Part shown: positions 1 to 12,600 of the stretch, in pieces
How positions within the stretch are numbered: position 1 is the first letter of the stretch
How the letters are laid out: the number at the start of each line of letters is the position of its first letter
NCBI GenBank assembly: GCA_047495785.1
Contig: JBLDXI010000030.1
Coordinates: forward strand, 868,001 to 932,000
Source of the DNA: Lepidodermella squamata
Taxonomy: Eukaryota; Animalia; Gastrotricha
Reading direction: 5' to 3'
Length of the DNA stretch: 64,000 nt
The notes under the pieces: model-generated
The model's input: the letters and a program-made list of their open reading frames with translations, nothing else
The model's database searches: none
Told to the model about the DNA's origin: nothing
Position numbers and translations under genes: made by a program

Positions 1-397
1 GTGCTTGTAGGACATTTTGTCGCAGTAACCAGCTCCATCAGCCCCGAGAACGGCATAGCAATCCAAGGCGCACGGGTAATACCACGAGAGAGATATGTCA
101 ATGTACAAATCCATGCTGAAAGTTTATTACATGAGATGTTTTAAGCACGAGCCAATGGCTTTCTTACGTCTGATCGACATCATCGATTCCAACGAATTTC
201 AGGAGAGAAAATGAAACGTTGACAACCATAGGCGAGACGAAATTGTTCGCTATTAACGAATCGGCTGGTAATTGAGGGGATTTTAGTGCTGGGCAAGCTG
301 CTACGACAGCATTTTTGTACTGTTGCACTTTGGTTAGATTGTCTTGCTCAGACAATCCAATTGCACAAAAAATCAAAATCGAAAGAGACTTTAACAT
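1..397 (-). CDS. Divergent Cys-loop pLGIC subunit (LGIC-1), N-terminal part; runs off window start
   Basis: ATG at 397, signal peptide MLKSLSILIFCAIGLS, then ACPA...VSFSLLKFVGIDDVDQT. GT-AG intron 167-116 rejoins in frame to TMDLYIDISLSWYYPCALDC...YC, the same beta1-beta2 pattern as the other paralogs. Confidence 0.8.
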
Positions 398-415
398 TTT
401 ATTTTACTTCAAGCT

Positions 416-1809
416 TCAAGGTTTGATAACAGAGGAAAAGCCTGAATCAAAGCTCTGGCTAGTCATTAATAGGATGAGAATCCCGTCGAAAATAACGAAA
501 AATAAACAGGTGAAAAACGCGACAAGGCCATCCAACAGCCTAATTACCGTAACATCACGCCAGCAGAAAACTTGTTTGATTATCGTTTGCGGGCTCTCAG
601 AACGAGCCCAGGCGCAGGTGATTATCATGTAGATAGTTAACAAGCAGGAGGCGGCGAATTTCGTTGAAACCATCAAAACCATGTAAACAAGCTCGGATGT
701 TTGCGGGATTTGTTGAAAAATCATTGAAATCGTGACAGAAAATGCTAGCAGGGCTGTCATGCTCATGACAGGCCGGTCGGGTATTTTTGCTGGTAGGACC
801 AGCGAGAAGATGGCCAGGATAAGCAGGCCAAGAGTTGGGACGAAAATGTAGAAAATGTAATAGTTGCATTTACGTTGATAGGTCGTGATGAAATACAACC
901 GGCGATAGTGGTTATCGCCGTACTTTGACACATTTTCCGTGCGAGTTTTGAATCCGCCGAGGGTCCAAACGTCAGTATCGTCTATGAACGAGTCGATGGC
1001 AGAGTTGTCCAGGCCGAAAAAGGTGATGTTGTAGTCAACAACTTCAATGATTTCGTCCGATTCCAAAACGATTTCACACTCCAAAATATCGACTGTAAAA
1101 TTTCGCGAAATTAATTAAGGAGGAATTTTCTATTCAATAAGGCTTACATGGGAATTTTTGAAATTCGAAATTGTCGCAGTAGGATGCAAAGACTTGTCGA
1201 CTTTCCCACGACGCTGTTGCGTATGGCTGAGAAAATGGGGTTATCTCGATATCAGTGTTTGCCCTGATGAAACAAATATCTCAATGAATCTCTATCAAAT
1301 CTTCAAAAATGCTCACGTTTCCAAGGGACGAAAATTCGATATTGCATTGTCATGAATTATGCCAGGATTCCAAACGTTTTCGGCTGGCACTGTGAACTGC
1401 TTGTCACTCATGAATCTGCAGTACGCGTTGTCTTTCGTGAAAAGACTTTCACACTGCAGCTGGCATGGAAACTCCCAAATAACTCGCAGGACTCCGTAGA
1501 CGTAAGAACTATGGTTCAAAAATTGCACAATATTCTCTATCAAGCTGAGGCGAAGACTTACGATTTTTCCAAATCATTGATGTCGACGTAGCGAAACAGT
1601 GAGATTGAGACATTTCCGATGAATCGCTTCTTGCCTTCGTTTTTGATGAATGCATTGCCGGGTAGCTGTTGCGAAATCATGTAAGGACATTTTTCGAATA
1701 TAGCGTTTCGATGCGTTTCAAACGGCAAATCGGGATCTCTCGCACTTGCATCGTCATTAGCGGCGGCCAAACTCGAGACTGAAGTTAGAAGGAAGAAAAA
1801 GTGTAACAT
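416..1809 (-). CDS. Divergent Cys-loop pLGIC subunit (LGIC-2), 4 exons
   Basis: Exons 1809-1562, 1508-1317, 1263-1148, ~1092-416 joined by ~53-55 bp GT-AG introns. Signal peptide, VWNPG loop A, Cys-loop CDNFEFQKFPFDILEC, QRKCNYY pre-M1, 4 TM helices with M2 DRPVMSMTALL. Confidence 0.88.
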
Positions 1810-3593
1810 GGCTGCTTTTAAACTGTTGAATGGGACTGAAAAATCTGCTGAATGACTGATATTCTGTCACTGAAATCTCGGCTAGCGAGTACAATAACCA
1901 TGTTTGTATATCATTTTCAACTCCGCATTTAGATCTTTGTCAAAACATTCGAGAGACATGTTCGTTGAAATTAACGAAGCAAACAAGGTTTCCTCTTCAT
2001 TCAACTTTGATTGAACAGGTGTGTTATCTGTTATGCCAACACAGCTTATTATCGAATACGAAAATCGTTATCGTATCTTCTTCATTACCTACCAATAGTG
2101 GCAACAACAAGTTTGGTCGTTTAGTGGAAGGATTTGATTTGACTCTAGCTTGAAATCTAAGTCTCTTCCAATCGAAAATGGTGCTGACTGAGCTGATTTT
2201 TTCATTAGTTCACTGGAGTCAACTAGAAATTCAGCAAATGATTCTGTAAACCGTGAAAATGACCTCATTTCGCAAAATTTCCCATCTGATTTCGCACATT
2301 TAACGGGCGAACTTTAACTCATCCAAAATCGACTCAGCAAACTCGAAAGAGCTAGAGCTGCGTCGTTCCGTTTTGCTTTTATTCGAAGCTCAGCATTAGC
2401 TCAGAAAGCCGATTGCATATGGCAAAGATTTCGATATTGCGGATAGCAAGTTGACTAGGGATCGATGATTGCCGCGATTCGATTGTTACAGCTTGCTCTA
2501 GCAGAAGTTTATTAGGTCGAATTGTTAAAGTGAAGCTTAGCGACACACTACTACCCTGCGGCGAATTTCGCGTTGGCGTATGTTTAGGCACATAAGAAAT
2601 TAGAGTCCGGGCAAAAAATTGATGATAACAAAGTAGCTTCGATTGATTGAAAGCGTGAATATCAGATCAGCCTCTTTTTAGGCCTACGAGGTTACGTAGC
2701 GATGGTAAATATTCCAGTGACTCGGTGCTTAAACCTTCATTCTGTCGTTATACGCCACTACGCCAGGATTGCGAAATCGATGTTACTGATAACAAGGCTC
2801 ATGCTGGTATTTTCGGCAATATAAAAATAACTGGTTAAAACTGGTTAACCCCATTACGAGTCGAAATTTTTTAATTTGAAACACTGTTTTGCTTCTGAGT
2901 ATCAAAAGTGTCAGCTTCAGTTCAGAATAATCCTCATCTGATGAAAGATTCACACCTGGTTAGACAAGTTCACTGATCTATTTAATTCTTTGGAAATATG
3001 TCGATCATCCGCCTTCGGCCAACAACAGAATAATTAACATAGCAATAATTGGCCAGTGTGCTAGAAGCATGCCTTCAATTTGCCACAATGATGCTGAAGA
3101 TTCTTCTTGTCAATAAAGGTTGAGTTGGATGCGATTTAGGTTTCATACTGGCGATTTAAAATTTAAAGCGAAGTTTGCTTTGAAAGTGACTTTCAACTTT
3201 TAAGACTGCTCAAACGAATTGAAAACAAGCGACATGGTATATTTAGCTATGGAAATTGCTGTACATTGTCGGTTAGAGAAAATTAACTTGTACGGATCGA
3301 TGAAAATCGATTCGCACTGAATTAGGCAAGCACACTATTTTATTGATCAATATTTGCATTCATACGCAATTTATGCGTGAGACTGCGCGGTCGGCGAAAT
3401 TTTAATGGTCACTGCTAGCACTATTTCATACCCCTTATCTAGGTCTTTTTGCTATCAACGTGGAGGATGCGTCGCAGAAATGGCCCACTATCTCTAGCTG
3501 AACTCTTCTTCCCGTTTTTGAGATTAATTTGTGATCTTCTCGCAAAAGACATACATTTTTGTTGAAACTATCTTAGCTTTATCTTGGTGGTGA

Positions 3594-5084
3594 ATGATTT
3601 ACGAAATACTCCTGAGCTTGAAAATTGTGGTTCCAGCTATAATTCTACTATATGGATCATACCTATATATCCTGGATAAGCGGTACCGCCTACCACCCGG
3701 GCCTACGCCAGTGCCCTTCATCGGCACCCTTTGGGTAATGGGGAAGGAATACGATCTCAAAGGCTGTATGCACAAAGTCTTTCGTCGCCTATCTGAAAAC
3801 TATGGCAACGTTGTATCATTCTACATGGGCCAAATTCGACTGATCGTCATCAATGATGCCAAAACAGTTCAAGAGACATTGGTCGACCAGGGCCGCATCT
3901 TCAGCGGGCGACTCGATAGCCGGGTGCCGGGTTTTGAAGTCGCTGGTAAGGGAATAATCACAGCTTACGGGGAGACTTGGAAGAGAAATCGACGATTCGG
4001 CCTTCGGGCTATGAGAGATTTCGGAATGGGTAAAGAATTGATGGTCCTCAAAGTTCAGGATGAAACTATGCACCTGCTCAACTACTTTGAGGAAGCAGCC
4101 AGAACTGGCGAAGACATTTTCCCGAGACACGAAATTGCAAATGCTGTTTCGAACGTGATATGCTCGCTAGCTTTCGGGAAGCGATACGACAATCCTAACG
4201 ACCCAGAATTCACAGATCTACTTCACAGGCTTGATAAAGTGCTAGCGACATCTCAGGAGGCTATGATGACCGTTTTCGCCCCGGTCTTACGGCATTTCTA
4301 CACGCCTAAAAGCGTCACTAAATTCATGGAATTTTACAAAATCATCGAGAGGATAACAAAACATGCTATTGAAGACCACAGATCGAACTTCAACTCTGAA
4401 AACATTCGTGATTTTCCTGATCTCTTCATACAGGCCGAACTGAACTCTGATGGCATGAGCCTTGAAGATTTTTCATGGATAAACCTAGACATGTTCGCAG
4501 CAGGGACTGAAACCACTGCTACAGCTCTAACCTGGACTATTTTGTACCTGTCCAAGTACGAAAACGTCCAGGAGCAATGCAAGAAACACATCGATCTGGC
4601 GATTGAATCTAATAGAATGCCGTGCTCAGCTGACCGGCCTAAACTGGCTTACATTGACGCGGTTTTTGCGGAAATTATGCGCTGCTGTACAATCGTCCCA
4701 ACAGCGCTGTGGCATTCTAACTTAGACACACCGGCTAAAATTGCTGGCTACGACTGCCCTCCTGATACCTTTGTTATCTACAACGTCATGAGTCTACATC
4801 ACGATAAGGATTACTGGGTGGATCCTCAGAATTTTCGACCTGAAAGATGGCTGGATGAAAATGGGCGATTGATTAGCCACGCTGGTCATTTCATGCCATT
4901 TGGCACTGGGCCAAGAATTTGTATGGGCGAAACGCTCGCGAGGGCAGAATATTTTATTTTTCTGGTAGCGATTCTTCAACGATATCGGTTCGAATTGAAA
5001 ACAAATGACGTTGACTTCGACCCAAGTATGCCTGGCTTCGTCAATGCCTGCCCTGAATACAAAGTCAGAGTATTTTCCAGATAG
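3594..5084 (+). CDS. Cytochrome P450, CYP2 clan, intronless
   Basis: N-terminal anchor, PPGP hinge, WKRNRR C-helix, AGTETT I-helix, EIMR K-helix, PERW and heme motif FGTGPRICMG. Confidence 0.95.
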   Translation: MIYEILLSLKIVVPAIILLYGSYLYILDKRYRLPPGPTPVPFIGTLWVMGKEYDLKGCMHKVFRRLSENYGNVVSFYMGQIRLIVINDAKTVQETLVDQGRIFSGRLDSRVPGFEVAGKGIITAYGETWKRNRRFGLRAMRDFGMGKELMVLKVQDETMHLLNYFEEAARTGEDIFPRHEIANAVSNVICSLAFGKRYDNPNDPEFTDLLHRLDKVLATSQEAMMTVFAPVLRHFYTPKSVTKFMEFYKIIERITKHAIEDHRSNFNSENIRDFPDLFIQAELNSDGMSLEDFSWINLDMFAAGTETTATALTWTILYLSKYENVQEQCKKHIDLAIESNRMPCSADRPKLAYIDAVFAEIMRCCTIVPTALWHSNLDTPAKIAGYDCPPDTFVIYNVMSLHHDKDYWVDPQNFRPERWLDENGRLISHAGHFMPFGTGPRICMGETLARAEYFIFLVAILQRYRFELKTNDVDFDPSMPGFVNACPEYKVRVFSR

Positions 5085-5221
5085 CATCCTAATTAAAACC
5101 GCAATCAACTGGAAAAATTAATGGCGTTCAAATAAAAATGTTTGCTTTTAATTAAGGTGGATTTTTCAATAAACACATTGACTGGGCTTCATTTCTCACC
5201 TTTTCTTGAAAGAATTGGAGG

Positions 5222-6376
5222 ATGATTTTTGTTCTAGCAATCGCAGCTCTTCTTCAAAGGATTCTAGTAGTGTTTGGCGGTGTTCCCACTATGGAGGAAA
5301 TTGAGAAGGCCTTTAGAGAGGATTGCCCTGGGGCCAACTCTGTGAATCTACCAGTAACACTGACGATTCAAAACCATGAAACGTCGAAGGAATTCATTCC
5401 CATGAAGATCGGCATAAGTATCGAACTGTACCGCTTAATCGAACTTGACGATGTCGACGAAAGCTTCAGTGTTTTCGCAAAAATCGAATTGGATTGGTCG
5501 GTTTCCTGTAAGAAAGTCTGCGACAAACTATTCGCTGACCACCCAAACTTGAAGGATAAACTCATGACTGATATATACGTACCGAGGAGCCACAAAGAAG
5601 TATGGTACCCTAAACTGATCCACCAAAATGCTATAGCAAATGCGCACCCTCTCGAGCTGATCAACAACCAAATCAAGTATTTCCCTTGTTTGGACGGTAA
5701 TGCGATTTGGTCGTCAACAGGTAGATTCGACTCATCGTGCCCGCATTCCTTCAGCAGATTTCCATTCGACGAGGTTATATGTCTGATAAAGCTGAGATCT
5801 GACGACATCATTACATTTGTGACCTACAATCAAAAACTGTTCAGTTTGGCGGATGGTTTAATCGACGAGTCGGAGATTTGGGCCAGAACACACAACGACC
5901 AGCATGAGAAAACAGTGGTGACGGATTCGACGAATGGGACTTATGACCAAATGGTATATACTATCAGATTCAAACGCAAGCCAATCTACTACGTCACAAA
6001 TATGTTTCTGCCAATCTTCTCAACTTTTATCCTGCAATTTGCAGGCATTATAATGCCACCTCGATTTCCCGATCGACCGACTTATTCAATCACGGTATTT
6101 CTGGCCAATATAGTTCTACTGACTATGGTCTACGGCGACATCCCTCGGTCTTCGGAAACAGTTTATCTGGTCAATGTTGTTGCGATCAAATGCAGTTGTG
6201 GCGTTTTTGTGACAATTTACACGCTAGCAACGTGCGCTTTGGCCAGGAAAATGAAGGCCGATGAGGAGAATAAGGCTGGAAAGATGCTTCGAATTGCCGA
6301 TGCAATTTTCGCCGGTGTTCTGTTATCTATTGTTATTGTCATCGATATCTACTACTTCAATTTAATGATGAATTGA
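5222..6376 (+). CDS. Divergent Cys-loop pLGIC subunit (LGIC-3), intronless
   Basis: Signal peptide, VWYPKL, Cys-loop CPHSFSRFPFDEVIC, FKRKPIYY, M2 DRPTYSITVFL, very short M3-M4 loop. Confidence 0.92.
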   Translation: MIFVLAIAALLQRILVVFGGVPTMEEIEKAFREDCPGANSVNLPVTLTIQNHETSKEFIPMKIGISIELYRLIELDDVDESFSVFAKIELDWSVSCKKVCDKLFADHPNLKDKLMTDIYVPRSHKEVWYPKLIHQNAIANAHPLELINNQIKYFPCLDGNAIWSSTGRFDSSCPHSFSRFPFDEVICLIKLRSDDIITFVTYNQKLFSLADGLIDESEIWARTHNDQHEKTVVTDSTNGTYDQMVYTIRFKRKPIYYVTNMFLPIFSTFILQFAGIIMPPRFPDRPTYSITVFLANIVLLTMVYGDIPRSSETVYLVNVVAIKCSCGVFVTIYTLATCALARKMKADEENKAGKMLRIADAIFAGVLLSIVIVIDIYYFNLMMN

Positions 6377-6464
6377 TCGGTAGCTTGAGTTCTCTTTATT
6401 CTCTATTCTCTGTCAATGAATGACTAATAAATCAACAAGCTGTCCTTACTCATCTTGTTTCATC

Positions 6465-7162
6465 TTAGTAAGCTAAGCGAAGAGCAAAAGCTACTGCAAC
6501 GATCAATGCAATTGGCTCGAATATTGCCATATTTGCAGTATTGCACAAGTTTGTATTGCAAAAGCACGCATTTAGCTTATCAGGACCGCCGTTTATGAAT
6601 ATGCTCGAGCAGCCGGGCAAATCGACAAATCCTAGGTCCTCCGCTTGTTCCGTTGTTATGCAGTTTCGTTCAGTTTCGTCGCCAATTGCGCTTTTTGAAC
6701 ACCACTCTTTGCAGGAATCCTGCGGCTTGTAGTCATCGTTGAATCCAACGTAACACTTCGTCGCTTCTGAAAGAAAAAAAATACATACATGTAAGCAACT
6801 TAAGAAGTTTCGAAGCCTGAATTATCATGAGTATTTACTTCACTGAATGAAATTACTTCATCACGATGAAAATCTATGGAAGTGTTGGTTCTTAGTGGAA
6901 CCAACGAATCCGCAATTTTCTGAATGTTGTAATATATCCTGATGACTGATTTAAAAACACCATAGCCAAGGTTTTCACGGCCACACATTTTTCAACATAC
7001 GCTTTTCCCTATGGTTCCCCTATGGTTCCACTTAGTTGGTCTAGTTGTACCTGTCTTTTTTTAAATAGCTATTTCAACTTCAACTAGCCTATTTTTCGAA
7101 AGTCCCTTACCTGCGCAGAAGAAGACTGACAAGAAAAAGGTTAAAAATAACGCTCTGTTCAT
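6465..7162 (-). CDS. Ly6/three-finger (quiver/sleepless-like) protein, predicted GPI-anchored (Ly6-a)
   Basis: Not in the ORF track. Exon 1 7162-7111 (MNRALFLTFFLSVFFCA), exon 2 6766-6465: EATKCYVG...SCKEWC...RNC...PGC...CFCNTNLCN plus hydrophobic tail. 8 Cys with terminal CxCxxxxCN. Confidence 0.85.
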
Positions 7163-7275
7163 TGCCTTTAGCTTTCAGTTTTCAGCTACAGAGGTTGTGG
7201 ATTGTAAGCGAGATACAACGAAAATTTGTCGCTTCAAAACGGTGATTTAAGCCCCGTTCTATTAGTTCAGAAATG

Positions 7276-7340
7276 TTGTTACTGTCGCAGGCTGACTTGC
7301 GACGGGTTTGTTATCCTTTTTTCAGATAACGAGCCCCGGT
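7276..7340 (-). promoter_or_regulatory. Conserved upstream block of Ly6-a with paired GATA motifs (homologous to 8448-8512 upstream of Ly6-b)
   Basis: gctgacttgcgacgggtttgttatccttttttcagataacgagccc vs gctgacttgcggcattttctttatcctttaacaagataagaaaccc; the TTATC...GATAA pair is retained. Confidence 0.35.
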
Positions 7341-7805
7341 ATTTTTTGGTTATACTATCGGTTAGGTTCGCAATACGAATGAAAAGATTTTCTAGGTTAA
7401 CTTGTTCGTAGATAACGCTGTTTTTCTAGGTGACATTTTGTAAACCATTCAAATGGTTGAATGTCAAACTGGTGAAAGAATCTTTGTTTCACCTTCGATA
7501 GAAAAGAAGCCTACTTGAAAAAGCTGGCGGAAGTGTAGTGTAGGCATTGGTCGACCTTTCGGTTGCTCAACCTTATTTGGCATTGACCTGAAACAGTTTA
7601 TTTGGTCAAATGCAGCTGTTTATTGATGGATCAAATAGTTATAAATGAATTTCTTTGTTTATTTTGTGCCTTGAATCGACTAGCCAATTTCAATTTACCG
7701 GCAAAGGGCGTTACAAATAAATCGTCAAAAGACTCTATCAGCTTGTTTCTACCAAGTCTCTGCGGGAAGCAAGCTAATTTCGATGATTAACTCATTTTCA
7801 GGCTC

Positions 7806-8380
7806 TTAGTAGGCGAGGTGAAGGGCAAAAGCCACCGCAGCGATCATTGCGATTGGCCAGAATATAGCAATGCTGGCAGTGTTGCAAAGTTCTGTATTGC
7901 AAAAGCAAATGTCAACCTGAGTGCCGGTGGTAATGTTGACAGTGAAGCAACCGGGTAAGTCAACGGCACCTGCTGCCTCAGCCTGTTCCGTTGTTACGCA
8001 GCTTCGTTGGGTTTCGTCGCCAATTACGCTTTTTGAACACCACTCCGAACAAGGCTCCTGCTCCTTGTAGTCACTATTGATGCCAATGTAACATTTCGTC
8101 GCTTCTGAAAGACAAAAATTATTCATTGAAAGCTGAGCATTTGAAAAATGTTGAAGGATGGTCCTGAATCTTCATCTTTATATGGATTACTTTTAATGAT
8201 GAAACGAGGAATAGGGCAGTAGGGGTTTAAATTAGCAAATCTTGAAAGTGTTAATTTGCTGAAGTAAAATTTCTGCTTTATTAAAATGAGATTTCACAGA
8301 GCTTAGTATTCCGAGAGTCTCTTACCTGCGCAGAAGAATACGGTTGACAAAAAGATAGTAATAAATAACGCTCTATTCAT
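7806..8380 (-). CDS. Ly6/three-finger (quiver-like) protein, predicted GPI-anchored (Ly6-b)
   Basis: Signal-peptide exon 8380-8326; exon 2 8104-7806 KCYIG...PCSEWC...CFCNTELCN plus hydrophobic C-tail. Confidence 0.88.
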
Positions 8381-9671
8381 TCTTTTCGGATCGGACATAA
8401 GTACTCGAAAACTTGGATTTTCTGATAGGGTTTATTAGATGAGAAAAGCTGCTACTGCTACATGCTGACTTGCGGCATTTTCTTTATCCTTTAACAAGAT
8501 AAGAAACCCGCTGTTTCATGGTTAAAATTTCGGTTCGGCTTTTAGGTTGGCTATTAGGTCAAATGATTACTAGGCACTGAGGTTTCTCAGGGTGTCATTT
8601 CAATAACAGTGCGTGTATTTAACTGAGCGAGTGGATATAAGATATAAATTCCCTGTTTTATATCTTATATCTAAGTGGTCGAAATCGCCCTATCGGCCCA
8701 GACTTATAGCCGGAGTTCGTGATTCTGGATCTTCAAAGCTTTCGCGCGAATCTGAATTAGGTATGAAAACTCATCATTTTAACTGCATATTTTCGGTGAT
8801 ATAAGGTATAAGGGAGAGAGATATTAAAAACCTTAATGGGAGAATTTGGGAAATGAAATTCCAATGTTGAAAGCATCTGGTGTAGAAAGCTGGGCCGATT
8901 TCGACCATTTTTCGCACTGTCTCAACGGTGATAGATAGAGACAAGCGTGTCAACGGCCCCCACGGCTTCAGCCTGTTCCGGAACTGGTAGGGATGATCCC
9001 TACCATCCCTAGCGGTACTTCGCTCTCTGGCACTGGCCTCTGGCGTTTTCTCAACGGCGGCTTTTCCTCGCTTTGGCACAGGTTGTTCGATCTGCGCCCG
9101 CGGCACTGGCTAAAGCCTGCGCTGCTTGCCAGGCTGAGATGGCTTCAGCTGCCTTCTGTTCCCTAATGCGCTTATGATAAAGATTGACATCTTTTGCAAC
9201 ACAGCTGATTCACTCCTGCCCAATCGCACGAGAAGTGCCGCATCAAATTTGTCTCATTTAAAATACGTTTGTTCGGAGCCACTTTTCTCCTAACTCCTGG
9301 ATTCACCCGGATTCTGATTTTCTCCCCTCGATTATTTTCTCTTTCATTCATGTTTTGATGAATGGTTTTATTGATTGCAATTTTTTATCGACTCTATCAT
9401 TTTTTGCTAATATTTGAAAATAAAGATTTATGCCGATTCCTGCGGTAGTTTTTCGGTAGTTTATGCGGTACTTTTTCGGTACTTTTTCGGTAGAAAAACT
9501 ACCGCAAAGAAAAAATTTAAACTTGGATTTCTTCAAAGTTGCATAATTGAAAATCGAAAAAACCTACATTTACTGGCAACCTTAACATATTCCTACATCG
9601 CATGTGCACCGCAATGCAGCAGGTCGCAAATTGGCCAGGAATTATACGCATATCAGGTTTTGGCAACTTAA

Positions 9672-12600
9672 AATTTTGGCATACTTTGCGCGCGTCTGCT
9701 GCTCGAACGGACCATAGCAGGCGGGTAATAATCATGTCGGCTGATAGCCCGTTCGATTCTCTACAACATATAGCCGGCTCATTTCCCTGCAAGTCGCGGA
9801 ACATGCAAAAATTTCGCCTCGAAAATCGCGAAAAATTTCAAATACGCGACATTCTGGCACACTTTGCGCGCGTCTGCTGCTCGAACGGACCATCGCAGGC
9901 GGGTAATGATCATGTCGGCTGATAGCCCGTTCGATTCTCTACAAGATATAGCCAGCTCATTTCCCTGCAAGTCGCGGAACATGCAAAAATTTCGCCTCGA
10001 AAATCGCGAAAAATTTCAAATACGCGACATTTTGGCACACTTTGCGCGCGTCTGCTGCTCGAACGGGCCATAGCAGGCGGGTAATGATCATGTCGGCTGA
10101 TAGCCCGTTCGATTCTCTACAAGATATAGCCAGCTCATTTCCCTGCAAGTCGCGGAACATGCAAAAATTTCGCCTCGAAAATCGCGAACAATTTCAGATA
10201 CGCGACATTTTGGCACACTTTGCGCGCGTCTGCTGCTCGAACGGACCATAGCAGGCGGGTAATGATCATGTCGGCTGATAGCCCGTTCGATTCTCTACAA
10301 GATATAGCCAGCTCATTTCCCTGCAAGTCGCGGAACATGCAAAAATTTCGCCTCGAAAATCGCGAACAATTTCAAATACGCGACATTTTGGCACACTTTG
10401 CGCGCGTCTGCTGCTCGAACGGACCATCGCAGGCGGGTAATGATCATGTCGGCTGATAGCCCGTTCGATTCTCTACAAGATATAGCCAGCTCATTTCCCT
10501 GCAAGTCGCGGAACATGCAAAAATTTCGCCTCGAAAATCGCGAAAAATTTCAAATACGCGACATTTTGGCACACTTTGCGCGCGTCTGCTGCTCGAACGG
10601 ACCATAGCAGGCGGGTAATGATCATGTCGGCTGATAGCCCGTTCGATTCTCTACAAGATATAGCCGGCTCATTTCCCTGCAAGTCGCGGAACATGCAAAA
10701 ATTTCGCCTCGAAAATCGCGAACAATTTCAGATACGCGACATTTTGGCACACTTTGCGCGCGTCTGCTGCTCGAACGGACCATAGCAGGCGGGTAATGAT
10801 CATGTCGGCTGATAGCCCGTTCGATTCTCTACAAGATATAGCCGGCTCATTTCCCTGCAAGTCGCGGAACATGCAAAAATTTCGCCTCGAAAATCGCGAA
10901 CAATTTCAAATACGCGACATTTTGGCACACTTTGCGCGCGTCTGCTGCTCGAACGGACCATAGCAGGCGGGTAATGATCATGTCGGCTGATAGCCCGTTC
11001 GATTCTCTACAAGATATAGCCAGCTCATTTCCCTGCAAGTCGCGGAACATGCAAAAATTTCGCCTCGAAAATCGCGAACAATTTCAAATACGCGACATTT
11101 TGGCACACTTTGCGCGCGTCTGCTGCTCGAACGGACCATAGTAGGCGGGTAATGATCATGTCGGCTGATAGCCCGTTCGATTCTCTACAAGATATAGCCA
11201 GCTCATTTCCCTGCAAGTCGCGGAACATGCAAAAATTTCGCCTCGAAAATCGCGAACAATTTCAAATACGCGACATTTTGGCACACTTTGCGCGCGTCTG
11301 CTGCTCGAACGGACCATCGCAGGCGGGTAATGATCATGACGGCTGATAGCCCGTTCGATTCTCTACAAGATATAGCCAGCTCATTTCCCTGCAAGTCGCG
11401 GAACATGCAAAAATTTCGCCTCGAAAATCGCGAACAATTTCAAATACGCGACATTTTGGCACACTTTGCGCGCGTCTGCTGCTCGAACGGACCATAGCAG
11501 GCGGGTAATGATCATGTCGGCTGATAGCCCGTTCGATTCTCTACAAGATATAGCCGGCTCATTTCCCTGCAAGTCGCGGAACATGCAAAAATTTCGCCTC
11601 GAAAATCGCGAACAATTTCAGATACGCGACATTTTGGCACACTTTGCGCGCGTCTGCTGCTCGAACGGACCATAGCAGGCGGGTAATGATCATGTCGGCT
11701 GATAGCCCGTTCGATTCTCTACAAGATATAGCCGGCTCATTTCCCTGCAAGCCGCGGAACATGCAAAAATTTCGCCTCGAAAATCGCGAACAATTTCAAA
11801 TACGCGACATTTTGGCACACTTTGCGCGCGTCTGCTGCTCGAACGGACCATAGCAGGCGGGTAATGATCATGTCGGCTGATAGCCCGTTCGATTCTCTAC
11901 AAGATTTAGCCAGCTCATTTCCCTGCAAGTCGCGGAACATGCAAAAATTTCGCCTCGAAAATCGCGAACAATTTCAGATACGCGACATTTTGGCACACTT
12001 TGCGCGCGTCTGCTGCTCGAACGGACCATAGCAGGCGGGTAATGATCATGTCGGCTGATAGCCCGTTCGATTCTCTACAAGATATAGCCAGCTCATTTCC
12101 CTGCAAGTCGCGGAACATGCAAAAATTTCGCCTCGAAAATCGCGAACAATTTCAAATACGCGACATTTTGGCACACTTTGCGCGCGTCTGCTGCTCGAAC
12201 GGACCATCGCAGGCGGGTAATGATCATGTCGGCTGATAGCCCGTTCGATTCTCTACAAGATATAGCCAGCTCATTTCCCTGCAAGTCGCGGAACATGCAA
12301 AAATTTCGCCTCGAAAATCGCGAACAATTTCAAATACGCGACATTTTGGCACACTTTGCGCGCGTCTGCTGCTCGAACGGACCATAGCAGGCGGGTAATG
12401 ATCATGTCGGCTGATAGCCCGTTCGATTCTCTACAAGATATAGCCGGCTCATTTCCCTGCAAGTCGCGGAACATGCAAAAATTTCGCCTCGAAAATCGCG
12501 AACAATTTCAGATACGCGACATTTTGGCACACTTTGCGCGCGTCTGCTGCTCGAACGGACCATAGCAGGCGGGTAATGATCATGTCGGCTGATAGCCCGT

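Noticed and set aside
3816-5811. Antisense ORFs overlapping the CYP and channel genes (and similar ones throughout the window)
   Set aside because: Shadow frames of real genes, with no independent motifs.
8774-9300. GC-richer stretch with a basic 110-aa ORF, possibly a retroelement gag remnant
   Set aside because: GTG start, no recognisable domain and no defined termini.
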